Source: Novakomyces olei (Eukaryota). From it: 64,000 nucleotides of DNA. The notes under the pieces are model-generated. The model was not told where the DNA came from, did no database searches, and was given only the letters and a program-made list of their open reading frames with translations. Positions within the stretch are counted from its first letter, which is position 1. Every line of letters begins with the position of its first letter. The stretch is from the NCBI GenBank assembly GCA_016906335.1, contig JADEYG010000007.1, forward strand, positions 2,418,001 through 2,482,000, read 5' to 3'. The position numbers and the translations under genes were made by a program. Positions 24,754-37,704 of this stretch are shown here, in pieces.

Positions 24754-26354
24754 ATGGCGGAATCTGCGCCCATAAACGAAGACGTAACCTTTTCTTGTTC
24801 TTAAAACGAATTCCGGAAGAATTTGCTGCTCACGTATCCAACAGATTGCTCGATTGGCCGATCAAGCACGGGCGCTGGAGCAAGCTCGTGCAGAGATAGA
24901 AAATGCTACACGACGACGCATTGAGCACGAGTACGCTCGTGCGTCTTACCATCTTTCAGGCATTGTAATTATATTGCTTTTGTTTAATCCTTCTTTTCCA
25001 TTGTCGCTTTCACGAATTCTAATTCGATCAGATTGAACGCAATTCAGATCTGCCCTCTACCATATCCACTATCCGCTTTATCGGTGCTCAGAATACCCGG
25101 GCGAGCTTTTTGCAGAGAGCTTCTCGGCCTATGGTCGATATAGGCAGTGATGCAACTTTGCTAGCATCGCTGCAGGCTGTGCAGGAAACCTGCCGGCGCC
25201 TTGGCGCCTTTGATATTTTCTCAAACATTGGTGTCACACTAGACCGGGCCAAGTCACCTTTGGCTGGGCCCAACGATATAGACGTTATGTTTATGTTACA
25301 AGAAAGGCCACGCATTATTGCTCGGACGGGTACGGACTTTGGTAACGCGGAAGCCGGCGCGTACGGTAACGTGTCTATTCGCAACGTGCTGGGAGGTGGA
25401 GAAACTTTGTCGGCAAACATTTCCACCGGCACAAAAACTCGCACAGCTATGGAAATACTGGCTTCCACTCCCGTCAATGCAAACCCTAACCACACGTTTT
25501 TCCTGGGCTTGACCAACTTGATGCGTACGAATCAGTCATACGCCAGTCACGACGAGATCTTGCGTCAGTTCAACGCCAAATTCCGTTCTCTCACTGCCTT
25601 TGGTGACCATGAATACGGATGGAGTGCAGTTTGGCGTCAGATTACAAATGTAGCCCCCACCGCCTCAGCCTCCGTTCGGCAAGCTGCTGGTAGCAGTGTT
25701 AAATCTGCTCTGTCTCACGCTTTTACCCACGATTCTCGTGATGATAATGCAATTCCCACGCGGGGCAGTTTTCTACGGCTTACTCAGGAACTGGCGGGCC
25801 TGCAATTGGGAGGGGATACATCTTTTTATAAAGTACATTTGACCACACAAACAGCGAAAGCATTGTCCGCTGATGGTAAAGTGAGCGCCTCTCTGACCGG
25901 TCAAGCTGGACTTTTATGGTCCTTTGATGAAGCCGGATCACGTCTGAATGATCGTTTCCAATTAGGTGGTCCTTTGTCGCTGCGAGGGTTCCATTACAAC
26001 GGACTGGGCCCCCGTGACGGTAACGATTTCGTAGGCGGAGACGCTTTACTTGCAGCCACTGCAAACGTGCTTTTCCCCATTCCCACTGCACGACCGGATC
26101 TGCCACTTCGTGTCCAGAGCTTTGTCACCTGTGGATCGCTTCTTCCATTAGACCAAAAAGATCCTCGCTCGACGCTTAACCAGCTCATCACTACACCCTC
26201 AATATCCGCCGGTGTTGGCTTGGTGTACCGCCATGAGCTGGGAGCTACTTCTGCCGCCCGGTTCGAACTGAATTTCTGTCTGCCCCTTGTTGACCGGGTC
26301 AGTGACCGCAGCCGGAAGGGTCTGCAGTTTGGTGTGGGCTTGGAGTTTTTGTAG
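24754..26354 (+). CDS. SAM50: Mitochondrial outer membrane beta-barrel assembly protein Sam50
   Basis: Exons 24754-24783, 24845-24964, 25032-26354; POTRA domain, DRFQLGGPLSLRGF loop, ARFELNF, C-terminal GLQFGVGLEFL. Confidence 0.93.
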
Positions 26355-26487
26355 ACAGCACAGGAGCACACGGTACATTAATATACAAACTACTGGAAAT
26401 AACATTGTATTTACGCTCGGTGCAGCATATACTTTATTGCCTCCAACACGGTAGCTGAATCCAAGAGTATACGCCAATAAAGCATTC

Positions 26488-27007
26488 CTATTTATCACTC
26501 GCTAGCGCTCGCTCTACAGAGGCCACCTTATCGTCCAAACGGCTCGCTTTATCCAGCCGTGTTCCGATACGGATATCGGTGGCTACCCGTGGACATCCCA
26601 AGGCATGGACGGCCTTGTGGACCTGTTGTATAGTATCCGTAACTTTACTCCACGGACCCTCTGATGGTCAGTTTACTCTCCATTATTTTTCGTATATACC
26701 GATATTCGTGCCGTGCCCGTGCATTTTATACGTCAGACCTATCGGGTGAATAAGCAGAGCGCATTAACCACAATAAACCGTACCCGATCCCGCAAGGACC
26801 CGTTGAGCCTCGGCTACGTACTTTGTGACTGATGCCTCTACTCCCTGTCGTGTAAGAATACAGATCAAATTAGAGGCCAGCCAACCATTGGGATACTATC
26901 GTTGTCAGCATAAACAGGCATCGAACAAGACGCAGCTGTAAAAAAAAACAAAAACAAAAAAATTCTTACACGCAGAAATCGCCTACTGCCCACAGATCGT
27001 CTGCCAT
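26488..27007 (-). CDS. ECM15: UPF0045/thiamine-binding family protein Ecm15 (absent from the ORF track)
   Basis: Exons 27007-26970, 26895-26886, 26844-26784, 26738-26700, 26660-26488 give MADDLWAVGDFCVIPMGVEASVTKYVAEAQRVL...MHGHGTNIEGPW...RVATDIRIGTRLDK...KVASVERALASDK. Confidence 0.9.
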
Positions 27008-27308
27008 AGTACTGCTGTCGCTACTGAAGAGGGCAAGTTTGATTAATTGGCTGATCGACGAGTCGAATGGATTATTCGTGGAGTCGACCTTGTTTTCCAA
27101 AGTAACCAGCTCATAGATTATTTATTATTAAAACACAATTAATATTAAATAATTTATATAATAATTATTAATATTAAATAGCAATTGATTGATTATAATC
27201 ATAAATATACTCATAATTTTTGTTAAATATACTCATAATTATTATTAAATAATTAATTATAATTATCAATTAATTATAATTGACTAATTCGCGTGCTTTT
27301 GAGGCACT

Positions 27309-29274
27309 TTGCTACTCCAATCTGCAGCCATTGCGTGCCCAGCAGTACTACGCCTTGGCCTGCGCCAGCTGGGCCGGCAGCAGCCGTGGCTGCTGCTGAT
27401 ACAGCGGCCAGCGCTGCCCTCTCGCGACGGGCTGGCAAGGTACAAGAGCTCAAACATACGCAGAATCCATGTACAACCCCCACAGCAAGACCAAGCGCTC
27501 GGCTCACAGGCGCACGGGAAGGAGTACAGCTCCGAGGCCGAGCCGGAGCCTAGTTCTAGAGCGACAAGAAGTAATGGCAACGGCAGTGCCAATGGCGACA
27601 GTATGTCTCGGCGCGTTGCAGATACAATGGTAACGTCTGTTTTATCGCTGCTTATACTGGCATTGTGTGGCTTTGGCTACCACAGATGGTACAAGCACAT
27701 GGTTCTGGCCAAAATAAAGCATGCCTTTGATACGGGAGACCCCGCGCTCGATTTACACAGTGACAGCTCTGCCAATTTTGCAAAGTACAGTGCAAAGCAG
27801 GGCAGGGATGAGCACTGGATTGAACGGTTGGAGCAAGGCCAGATTGACCGTATAATGACAGGGGCAGAGCGTGGATATTACTACCTTTTGCTTGGGGAAA
27901 AAGGCACAGGCAAGGAGGATTTGATACTGGAAGGTATGCGCCGCTGTAATGGACATGGCGTTTCCATGTTTGAGGCCCACTCGGACCTGGAAATTGTACG
28001 CGTTCGGTTGGGTAAAGCGCTTGACTACGAGTACAGTGAAGACTTTGTCGGTCAACTGTTTTCTATCCGCGGACCCCGTGAGTCTAGCAGTGCCTTGCTA
28101 GATATTGAGCGCGCTCTAAACAAACTCGAGAAAGTAGCAGTCCGCCGGAAATTGCAGCGACCAGAAGGATCTCCACCTCCGCCGCCCTTTGTACTCGTTA
28201 TCAACAACTTGCACCTTGTCAAGGACGATGAAGACGGTAATAAACTGCTTGAACTGTTGCAGCAGAGGGCAGAACTCTGGGCAGAAAGCAGTATTGTTAC
28301 AATGGTCTTTAATAGCGACGAGTACTGGGTCTATCAGCGACTAAAATCTCTCGGCTCAAAGCTCCGCGTTATTTCTGTCCGTGATCTATCGCGCACAGAG
28401 ACAGTGGCCGCCATTAAGGGATTCCGGCGCAAAGCACTAGGAATTGAGGAGCCGGACGAAACTTTACACAAGATTTACGATGCTATTGGTGGCCGAATGC
28501 AGTTTGTTAATGCGGTCGCACGCCAAGCTGATATGCAGCTTGAAGTTGCGCGCTTGTACGAACAAGAGCGCACTTGGCTCTTGAGCCAGGTTGGACTTAT
28601 TCCTGATTTCGACGATGACGTAATGGACCAGCAAAAATGGGCCTCAGCCGCGTTTCTGCTGGCAAAAGCGCTGGTTGAGCGACAGCAAGAAACTTTGGCG
28701 GAAAGGGGTTGTGACTCGGTTGACGGAGGCTATTTAAACGAGAGTGAATTACGGCCAGATATGCCTCTCTACCGGGCACGTCAGGCTATGACCAGGGCCG
28801 ATTTTATTCAAGCGCTGGACACTCTGAATATTTTCACTATCGATTCTTCCGGTAATGCAAAGGCAGACAGGTATGGGTTTTGTTCCATCTATTTCGTTAT
28901 TTGTTGCCCTCTTATTTTAATTGAAACCTGAAAATAATAAAAGACATTGGAAGAATAAATATTGGGGAAGAAGAAAAAGAAAAGCTTTAAAAGCTATCCC
29001 GTCCCATCAACCTTTTACTGATTTTGATCGCAAACTCTAACGTGCTAGTGTTCTAATGATGCGTGTGCTCTGGGACCTTGTACATGAACCAGATTTCGAT
29101 GCAAACTTACAAAACGTGCTAGATCGTATTTCGGAAGTTGAAAGGTAAGAGAGAGGACAAAATTTTCTGGATTTGCAATTTGCTAATTCATACAGTCTTC
29201 ACCGAACACGGGAGCTCACGTTCAAAAAAGATTTGCCACAAATAAGCTTACGATATCTGCCGGCCCAGAAATAA
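27309..29274 (+). CDS. Fungal membrane-anchored P-loop (AAA-like) protein, probably mitochondrial
   Basis: Exons 27309-28870, 29049-29144, 29196-29274; one TM helix followed by GYHRWYK; P-loop GEKGTGKE. Start uncertain (TTG 27309 or ATG 27603). Confidence 0.8.
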
Positions 29275-30531
29275 GCGTGCTTTCTTCTATATCCCATGTC
29301 GATTAGTGAAGGTAAGCAACTGGGTTTCCGGCCGATGCGCACAAATATGCCGCAATTCCTAAAAGGCGTACATAACCTTAACTCTGTACAAAGGTCTCGT
29401 TCGCTGCAGGAACGGAGTCATTGTTTACAAGCAGGATGTGACTGACACGTAAAGCGCGTCGGGACGCGTAATGTCCGCTATCATCCTTTAATAAAAGCAA
29501 TCTAGTATGCGAAAATGGCGCTTTTCATTGGCTCAAGATAATATTTGGTGGGTGACATCATTTATTATGTGAGCTGTCCTAATCGGGTAATACCAGCACT
29601 CGACCACAACAACAGGCGACGAACGGGGCAAAATGCTCCGCTTGGGTCGGGATAGCCGGCGTCTTTGCTGGCATCCTACAGTGTAGGCTGTTCCAAAGGT
29701 AAAACCTGTTTAGCAAATACAACAAATTAGCGTCAAAGTTTAGTGTCGCCAGCGCCATTTTCGTCTGGTCCTTTGCCCACGAATAGCTTAATATGATTGG
29801 CTATGCGAATATAGTATGGACTAATCATATATTACTCCTATTGTTTACGCGGCGCTCAAGTACTGCCCGTGTATGTAATGGACCAATCATGACAGCAGGG
29901 ACAATGAAGTTACCCTTTTGGGCTATACGTCAAAGTAGTATGCCTTTTTATTGGGAACGATACGCAACCATACATTATGCAGGTCATTGCCAGCCACTGG
30001 TACGCGAATTGATATGGCCCGCACCCAATGTAAGGGATATCAAACCGCACTAAATCATGGTTCGCCGTTACTGGTGCACTGGACGCGTCGCGTTATATCA
30101 ATTACGTTATATTAATTACGTTATATTAATTACGCGTTCTGTCCCAAACGGGAAATAATGCCTGCCGTCCAACACTAGTTTTGCAAACAAAGAGAAAAGA
30201 TTTGGTCTCGGCTGCTTGCACGGCACTAATCAAAGTGTTTCACCCCGTACACAATGGCTAAAATGTGCGTAGACGGAGGACGAGAAATCAAAGATAAAAA
30301 GCGCACAAAGACCTCTTGATACCTTTCCATTGCTGCTCACCTGTCGCTCTTTGTCCCTCACTCTCTTTAACCACCACATTCCTTTACAAGGCAGACTTTG
30401 TGTCGGCCGTCCTATCTTTGCAGCACCTCGAGGCTCTTTGTACCCTCGGCGACTCTCTTTAACTTTTATCTTCTCCACAAACATTTTGGACACTGCGATT
30501 TTTTGGACACTCGTTTTCCAATTCACTCACA

Positions 30532-31875
30532 ATGCTGACAGCGGCCATTGCCCTTGTCATTGTGGGCCATTCGCTGGCGGCACCGATAGAAAAACGGCAG
30601 CAAGTTGTTACGGAAGTGCAAACAGCGTATGCAACGGAGACGGTAGCGACAGTTGTCGAAACTGTAAACTATGCCACATGGTTCACCCCCGACCCTTCAG
30701 CGACTACGATTGATTACGCTACCTGGTTCACACCAGACCCAGCGAAAACGGCAGAGTACGCTGCGTGGTACACTCCCTCACAGTCTGAGGCGGATTCCTG
30801 GTTCGGTGTTGGCAATGCCGAGCCGACGTCTGCTCCTGCGGCCCCCACTTCAGAGGCACCTTCTCCTCCGGCCCCCACTTCAGCGGCACCTTCTCCTCCG
30901 GCCCCCACTTCAGAGGCACCTTCTCCTCCGGCCCCCACTTCAGCGGCACCTTCTCCTCCGGCCCCCACTTCAGAGGCGCCTTCTCCTCCGGCCCCCACTT
31001 CAGCGGCACCTTCTCCTCCGGCCCCCACTTCAGAGGCGCCTTCTCCTCCGGCCCCCACTTCAGAGGCGCCTTCTCCTCCGGCCCCCACTTCGGCCCCCAC
31101 TTCGACCCCCACCTCTACGCCTGCAGCAACCCCAACTGCTCCCCCATCTTCGGGCTACCAGTTCAACAATCTATGGTGGGAGGACGATTTTAATGGCAAC
31201 GCGTTGGACACGAGTATGTGGACCGTAATAACAGGCGACGGCTGCCCTAATGTTTGCGGATGGGGCAACGGTGAGCAGGAGACTTATAGCGAGGAAAACG
31301 TGGCAGTGGGCGATGGAGCTCTCAAGATCACTGCGTGGTACAATGGCAACGACGCTAAATGGCACAGCGGTAAAGTTACTACGCAAAACAGCCGTTCACT
31401 CGCTTCAGGACGTGTCGAGGCGGCAATTAAGCTGCCCCGCAATAATGGAGCCTTCCCCGCGTTTTGGATGATGCCCTCCAAGGCTGGCGCTTCTTGGCCC
31501 TTGGATGGAGAAATCGATATTATCGAGTACCAGCAATTATGGAACGGGTTACCCTCTACTCTGCACTTTGCCAGCTCTCCCGGCGGCCAGCAGGTTGGCA
31601 GTGATTCAAGCTTCTATTCCGCCACGTCTGACATGGACACTGTGTACCACGTTTATGGTATGGAGTGGGACGAAAACAAGGTGACCTACTACCGCGACGG
31701 CAACGAAATCGGGTCCTATGGCAACGACGGCAACTATGCAAATTACCCATACACTGCAGACAATCCTTTTTACGTCATTTTCAACCTTGCCCTGGGACCC
31801 TCTTGGGGCGTACAGGCCACAGACGAGTCACAGACCGTGCAAATGCTCGTTGATTACGTACGGTGGTACACATGA
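30532..31875 (+). CDS. Secreted GH16 beta-1,3-glucanase (laminarinase type) with Pro/Thr/Ser linker
   Basis: Signal peptide then EKR; GWGNGEQETY, FPAFWM, WPLDGEIDIIE (ExDxxE), YHVYGMEW, MLVDYVRWY. Confidence 0.92.
   Translation: MLTAAIALVIVGHSLAAPIEKRQQVVTEVQTAYATETVATVVETVNYATWFTPDPSATTIDYATWFTPDPAKTAEYAAWYTPSQSEADSWFGVGNAEPTSAPAAPTSEAPSPPAPTSAAPSPPAPTSEAPSPPAPTSAAPSPPAPTSEAPSPPAPTSAAPSPPAPTSEAPSPPAPTSEAPSPPAPTSAPTSTPTSTPAATPTAPPSSGYQFNNLWWEDDFNGNALDTSMWTVITGDGCPNVCGWGNGEQETYSEENVAVGDGALKITAWYNGNDAKWHSGKVTTQNSRSLASGRVEAAIKLPRNNGAFPAFWMMPSKAGASWPLDGEIDIIEYQQLWNGLPSTLHFASSPGGQQVGSDSSFYSATSDMDTVYHVYGMEWDENKVTYYRDGNEIGSYGNDGNYANYPYTADNPFYVIFNLALGPSWGVQATDESQTVQMLVDYVRWYT
30841..31090 (+). repeat. 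Coding 30-bp tandem repeat, (APTS[E/A]APSPP)x8
   Basis: GCCCCCACTTCAG[A/C]GGC[A/G]CCTTCTCCTCCG units. Confidence 0.97.
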
Positions 31876-32133
31876 GCCGGGTGAAACATGTTTATGCGGA
31901 GTAAATTGCTTTCTTTTCGTCTTATTTTTGGTTTTTCTAGCGGTCGGTCGTACCCAATCTCTCTTTTCATTGTCATGTCGCATCTGATTGCAAGACCGTT
32001 CAGCAGTCTTAACGTGGGATAGTTGTCTATTTAACGGTGGGATATTTTAGAGTACACAATCTCGTGCGCTGCCATGTAGGTTTGTAAGCTGTGCTAAACG
32101 ATAGAAAATATAATATAGAAAATATAGTATTTA

Positions 32134-32414
32134 ATAAAATATAAAATATAAAATATAAAATATAAAATATAAAATATAAAATATAAAATATAAAATATAA
32201 AATATAAAATATAAAATATAAAATATAAAATATAAAATATAAAATATAAAATATAAAATATAAAATATAAAATATAAAATATAAAATATAAAATATAAAA
32301 TATAAAATATAAAATATAAAATATAAAATATAAAATATAAAATATAAAATATAAAATATAAAATATAAAATATAAAATATAAAATATAAAATATAAAATA
32401 TAAAATATAAAATA
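32134..32414. repeat. (AAAATAT)n tandem repeat, about 40 units
   Basis: Read directly. Confidence 0.97.
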
Positions 32415-32606
32415 TATTAATATATTAATATATTAATATAATAATATAATAATATAAAATTATTGTATGCAGGGTGGCATGTTAGACGCGCATATTACTT
32501 GAACTAACCCACACTCCATATTGGCATTTGTGTGGAGGAGATACGGTGATTGCAGATAATAATATAAATACAAAAACCGTTCCTCCCACCACGGCACCGA
32601 CCCACA

Positions 32607-33902
32607 ATGCCGGCTCCTCTCAGTGTGGAAGAGGTTCGCCTCATTGCCCACGACAAAATGGACAAATTGACTCGCGAGTACTTTAATGACGGATGTAATA
32701 ACGGCGACACTCTTCGCGACAATGTGGAGGCGTTCAGTTTCTATCGGATCCGTCCGAGAGTGCTGCGGGATGTTCGCCAGGTCAGTACTGAGACCCGTGT
32801 ACTCGAATACAATGCGCCTTTTCCGTGTGGCATTGCTCCCGCGGGTAAGTGGATTATTAGATTTGTTGCTTTTGTTCCCCTTTTTCTCTCTAATAGCTTT
32901 TGTTTCTCTAATTGCTTTTGTTCTCTCTTGCTCGGTCGGACGCCGCTTATATTTCATTCATTTTTGCCCTATTTCCACTAACCGCTAGCGATGCAATGCC
33001 TGGCTCATCCAGAAGGAGAAGAGGCTACTGCTCGAGCTGCTCAGTCGTTGGGCGGAGTTCCAATGGGCCTTTCGTCCTTTTCCACGCGTCCGCTGGACAG
33101 TGTTATCGCACAGCGCACAACGGCGGCCCCGTTTGCTCTGCAATTGTACGTGTTTGAAAACAGGGCCACCAGCGAGGATCTGGTAGCCCGTGCCCGTGAG
33201 GCTGGGTACAAGGCAGTTTTTCTCACTGTGGATACACCGATGCTGGGGACACGGTTCAATGAGATTCGGAACGAATTCCGTCTTCCAGCGCCGTGGACAC
33301 TGGGCAACTTTGATTCCCAGGATGAAGTTCAGACGTACGGCGACAATGTTACACTCGCACGAGAAGGCAAATTACCCAAGGAAGGGGAAAGTAGTGTGCC
33401 CTTGAACAAGAGCGATCCCAGTTTAAACTGGGAAAAGGATATCCCCTGGTTGAAAAAGGTTGCTGGCCCGGACATGCAGGTATGGGTAAAGGGTATTTTG
33501 ACTGCTGAAGACGTGGAATTGGCTATCCAGCACGGAGTAGACGGGATTGTTGTATCAAATCACGGTGGACGCCAGCTGGACTCGGCCATGGCCACCTTGG
33601 ATGCTCTGCCAGAGTGTGCTGCTGCCGCTAATGGCCGTGTGCCGGTACATGTGGATGGGGGTATTCGAACTGGGGCAGATATTTTCAAAGCCGTTGCTCT
33701 TGGAGCAGATTACGTATGGGTTGGGCGGCCTGTGCTGTGGGGCCTCGCTTACGACGGACAAAGGGGTGTTGAATTAGTCTTGAAACTGTTATACGACGAG
33801 TTCAAGCTGGCAATGGCTCTTGCCGGCACGATTTCAGTGAAGGATATAACAAGAGAGTATCTTGTACGTAGAACTCGCGACGGAATTATATCCAGATTGT
33901 AG
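32607..33902 (+). CDS. FMN-dependent (S)-2-hydroxy-acid oxidase (glycolate oxidase-like), peroxisomal
   Basis: Exons 32607-32844 and 32989-33902; LTVDTP, VKGI, VSNHGGRQLD, DGGIRTGADIFKAVALGA; C-terminal SRL (PTS1). Confidence 0.93.
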
Positions 33903-34386
33903 ACGCTCGCATTGGAAGTATAGACTTGGTTGGCGCTTGCTGGCACTTGGTTTGTACAGTTCGATCGAGTATTAGAATAATAAATCAATTAATACTGTTA
34001 AATGCTCCTCACCTAGTACAATGGCTCCCGCAAACATTCTGATAACAGGCTGCTGTTTACAATACACACCAATCCCAGCAACTGCCTTTTGCTCAATGCA
34101 TCGGTTTACGAGACCGTTGTGTAACGACGACTAATTGGGGACGGGGCCCGTCCGCTTATTCGGAACCGCTTTGAGAATGCATGTAACACAAGTAACCGTG
34201 GACGCTGGTATTATCGCTCACTATAATATAATGAAATCGCTTTTCCGGTATTAGTCGATAAATTAGTGCAACACGTGTTACTTTGCAGTTGTTCGTCCAA
34301 TTATAACGACTACAAAAAAAAAAAAAAAAAAAGAGCTGAAGAGATCGTCGTCCATCAAAACTTATCAGCACTTCATCATCCTCACA

Positions 34387-35743
<1,357 letters not shown>

Positions 35744-36244
35744 GAAATTTTGGCAGGGAAAATAAAAGCTAAACCGTTGAACTTAGACACGACTGAATGA
35801 TTGAAGATTTTTTTACTCTTGAAACAAACAAACATTTCGATGGCTTAATTGTACGCGGTAAAAGGTAGCAAGGTCCATCTATGATTTTTTGTAAAGACAC
35901 ATTTGCATTAGATTGCATGTATTTGAGGCATCATTAAAATAGACAGTAAAAAGCAAGCAAAAGCAAATGCTTGAGCTGAACAGGGAATTCAAGCCTACAA
36001 AATCAGTAACCATCAAAACACCTTTGTAGAAGCGCTTTTTAACCATTCCTCTACAGTCGTTCTCTGGCACCTCTTTGAATGCGTAACATGTAAAGTTTCT
36101 AGACTAGCGCAACTTTGTTCACTCGTATTGGCCAATGTGCCAATTGTTTACTTTATACAAAAAAGCACAGATAATACGTTGCTCTTTACAATCTCCATCA
36201 ATTGAAACGCAGCGTGAAGTCAGCCGACTTGAGCTACACATTGA

Positions 36245-37099
36245 CTAAATAATAATCGAGTTTGTATTTGCGAGATGCTTTTTGAATCCTTCCTTGTTGC
36301 TTTCCCTCAGCTCACGCAGCTTTTCCTCCGTCAGCCGTATCTCGCCACCAGCACGCGCTTCACGAGACCTCAGCCGGCCCAAAAACTGAACATTGCCAGC
36401 GGCAAAAACCTCCTCTGGGAGCGTTACTGCTCTCTGTTGGCGCAGAGTGCCAACAGAGCGCCGTGCTTGATCGCTCTCTAGCCACGAGGCCAGAGCATTA
36501 AGCCGCGTGGCCGTATATAAAACACCGTCAGGAATACGCAGGCCCGTTTGTACGAGTGTTCCTTTGAGCAGGTTGACACGCTCAGCAGCGGACAGTGAAC
36601 GTATATCCGTTTTGAGCCAGTCCGGCCCGTCTCGAAGAGACAGGCACTCTGCACAGGCCGCCTTGAAGCCCTCAACGGGTCGATCTGCGAATGGAGCTTC
36701 GCTGTACGAAGCAAATGGCTCAAAGACGAGAACGTTTCGCTGTGCCAATCGCTCTTGTTCTGCCTGTCTCTTGTATTCCTGTCCGATCCGTCGCTGCTCT
36801 GTACGCAAACGAAGCTCCTGCAGTTTTTCTGCCGAAATTCCCAGCTCTTTGCTCTTTTTGGCCGCTGACTGCTGCCGCGAGTTCTTCTCCATACCGAAAA
36901 GGTTCCTCAGCGTAGTGTTTTGCGTTGTATAGCTCTTGAGCCGATTCATGAACGAAGCCCGCTGCTCCGTGTTTGGGAGCTCATCTAGCCCGGGCGCCTC
37001 CGACGGCCGCTGCTGTTTTTGCTGCAGGCTCCGACCTGTGCTGAAAGCGGTACGCTGCCGCGCTGCTTTACACAGCCGCGGTGCCCTCGCTCTGTTCAT
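36245..37099 (-). CDS. Probable mitochondrial large-subunit ribosomal protein mL50
   Basis: Arg-rich presequence; DWLKTDI...LLKGTLVQTGLRIPDGVL resembles the mL50 domain. Confidence 0.6.
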   Translation of the reverse strand: MNRARAPRLCKAARQRTAFSTGRSLQQKQQRPSEAPGLDELPNTEQRASFMNRLKSYTTQNTTLRNLFGMEKNSRQQSAAKKSKELGISAEKLQELRLRTEQRRIGQEYKRQAEQERLAQRNVLVFEPFASYSEAPFADRPVEGFKAACAECLSLRDGPDWLKTDIRSLSAAERVNLLKGTLVQTGLRIPDGVLYTATRLNALASWLESDQARRSVGTLRQQRAVTLPEEVFAAGNVQFLGRLRSREARAGGEIRLTEEKLRELRESNKEGFKKHLANTNSIII

Positions 37100-37704
37100 G
37101 GCTTTTTTTTACTGCCGCTAGCGGTTTGTACTCGAAATATTAGCAGAGAAAAAGAAAATATTCAGCACAATAATATAGAAAATATACGCTGGAGCGTTAA
37201 AGGAGAAAAATAGTATGTATACATGCTACACTAGGGTTAGTTAGGGTAACTCGTATACTGTGTTTGGTGTAAAGTAGTGGTATTAGTGTATTATTGTATT
37301 TTATGTATTTATAAGAATCAAATAGCAGGATACTCGTAGGTGTATATACGTATATAAAATATAAATGTGTATAATTCGTATAATTCTTTCTAAACAGAGT
37401 CTAAACAGAGGACAGATAGCACAAAGGTTAGTGTAGTAAACTGGGAAAGCTCACCTTTTTCACAGTACACTGAAGGCGCCTGTACTGACTGATAAATAAA
37501 TAAATAAATAAATGTATATATATATACTAGCATACTTGTACACTATAATTGCTACTCATGGCTTCAATTGCCGACTTTTATATATTTATATTTATATTTA
37601 TATTTATATTTATATTTATATATATATTTATATATTTATATATTTATATATAATGTACGGTAGCACGTGTAAATTCAGCGTGTGGAGAAAAGCCATGGCG
37701 GTCT

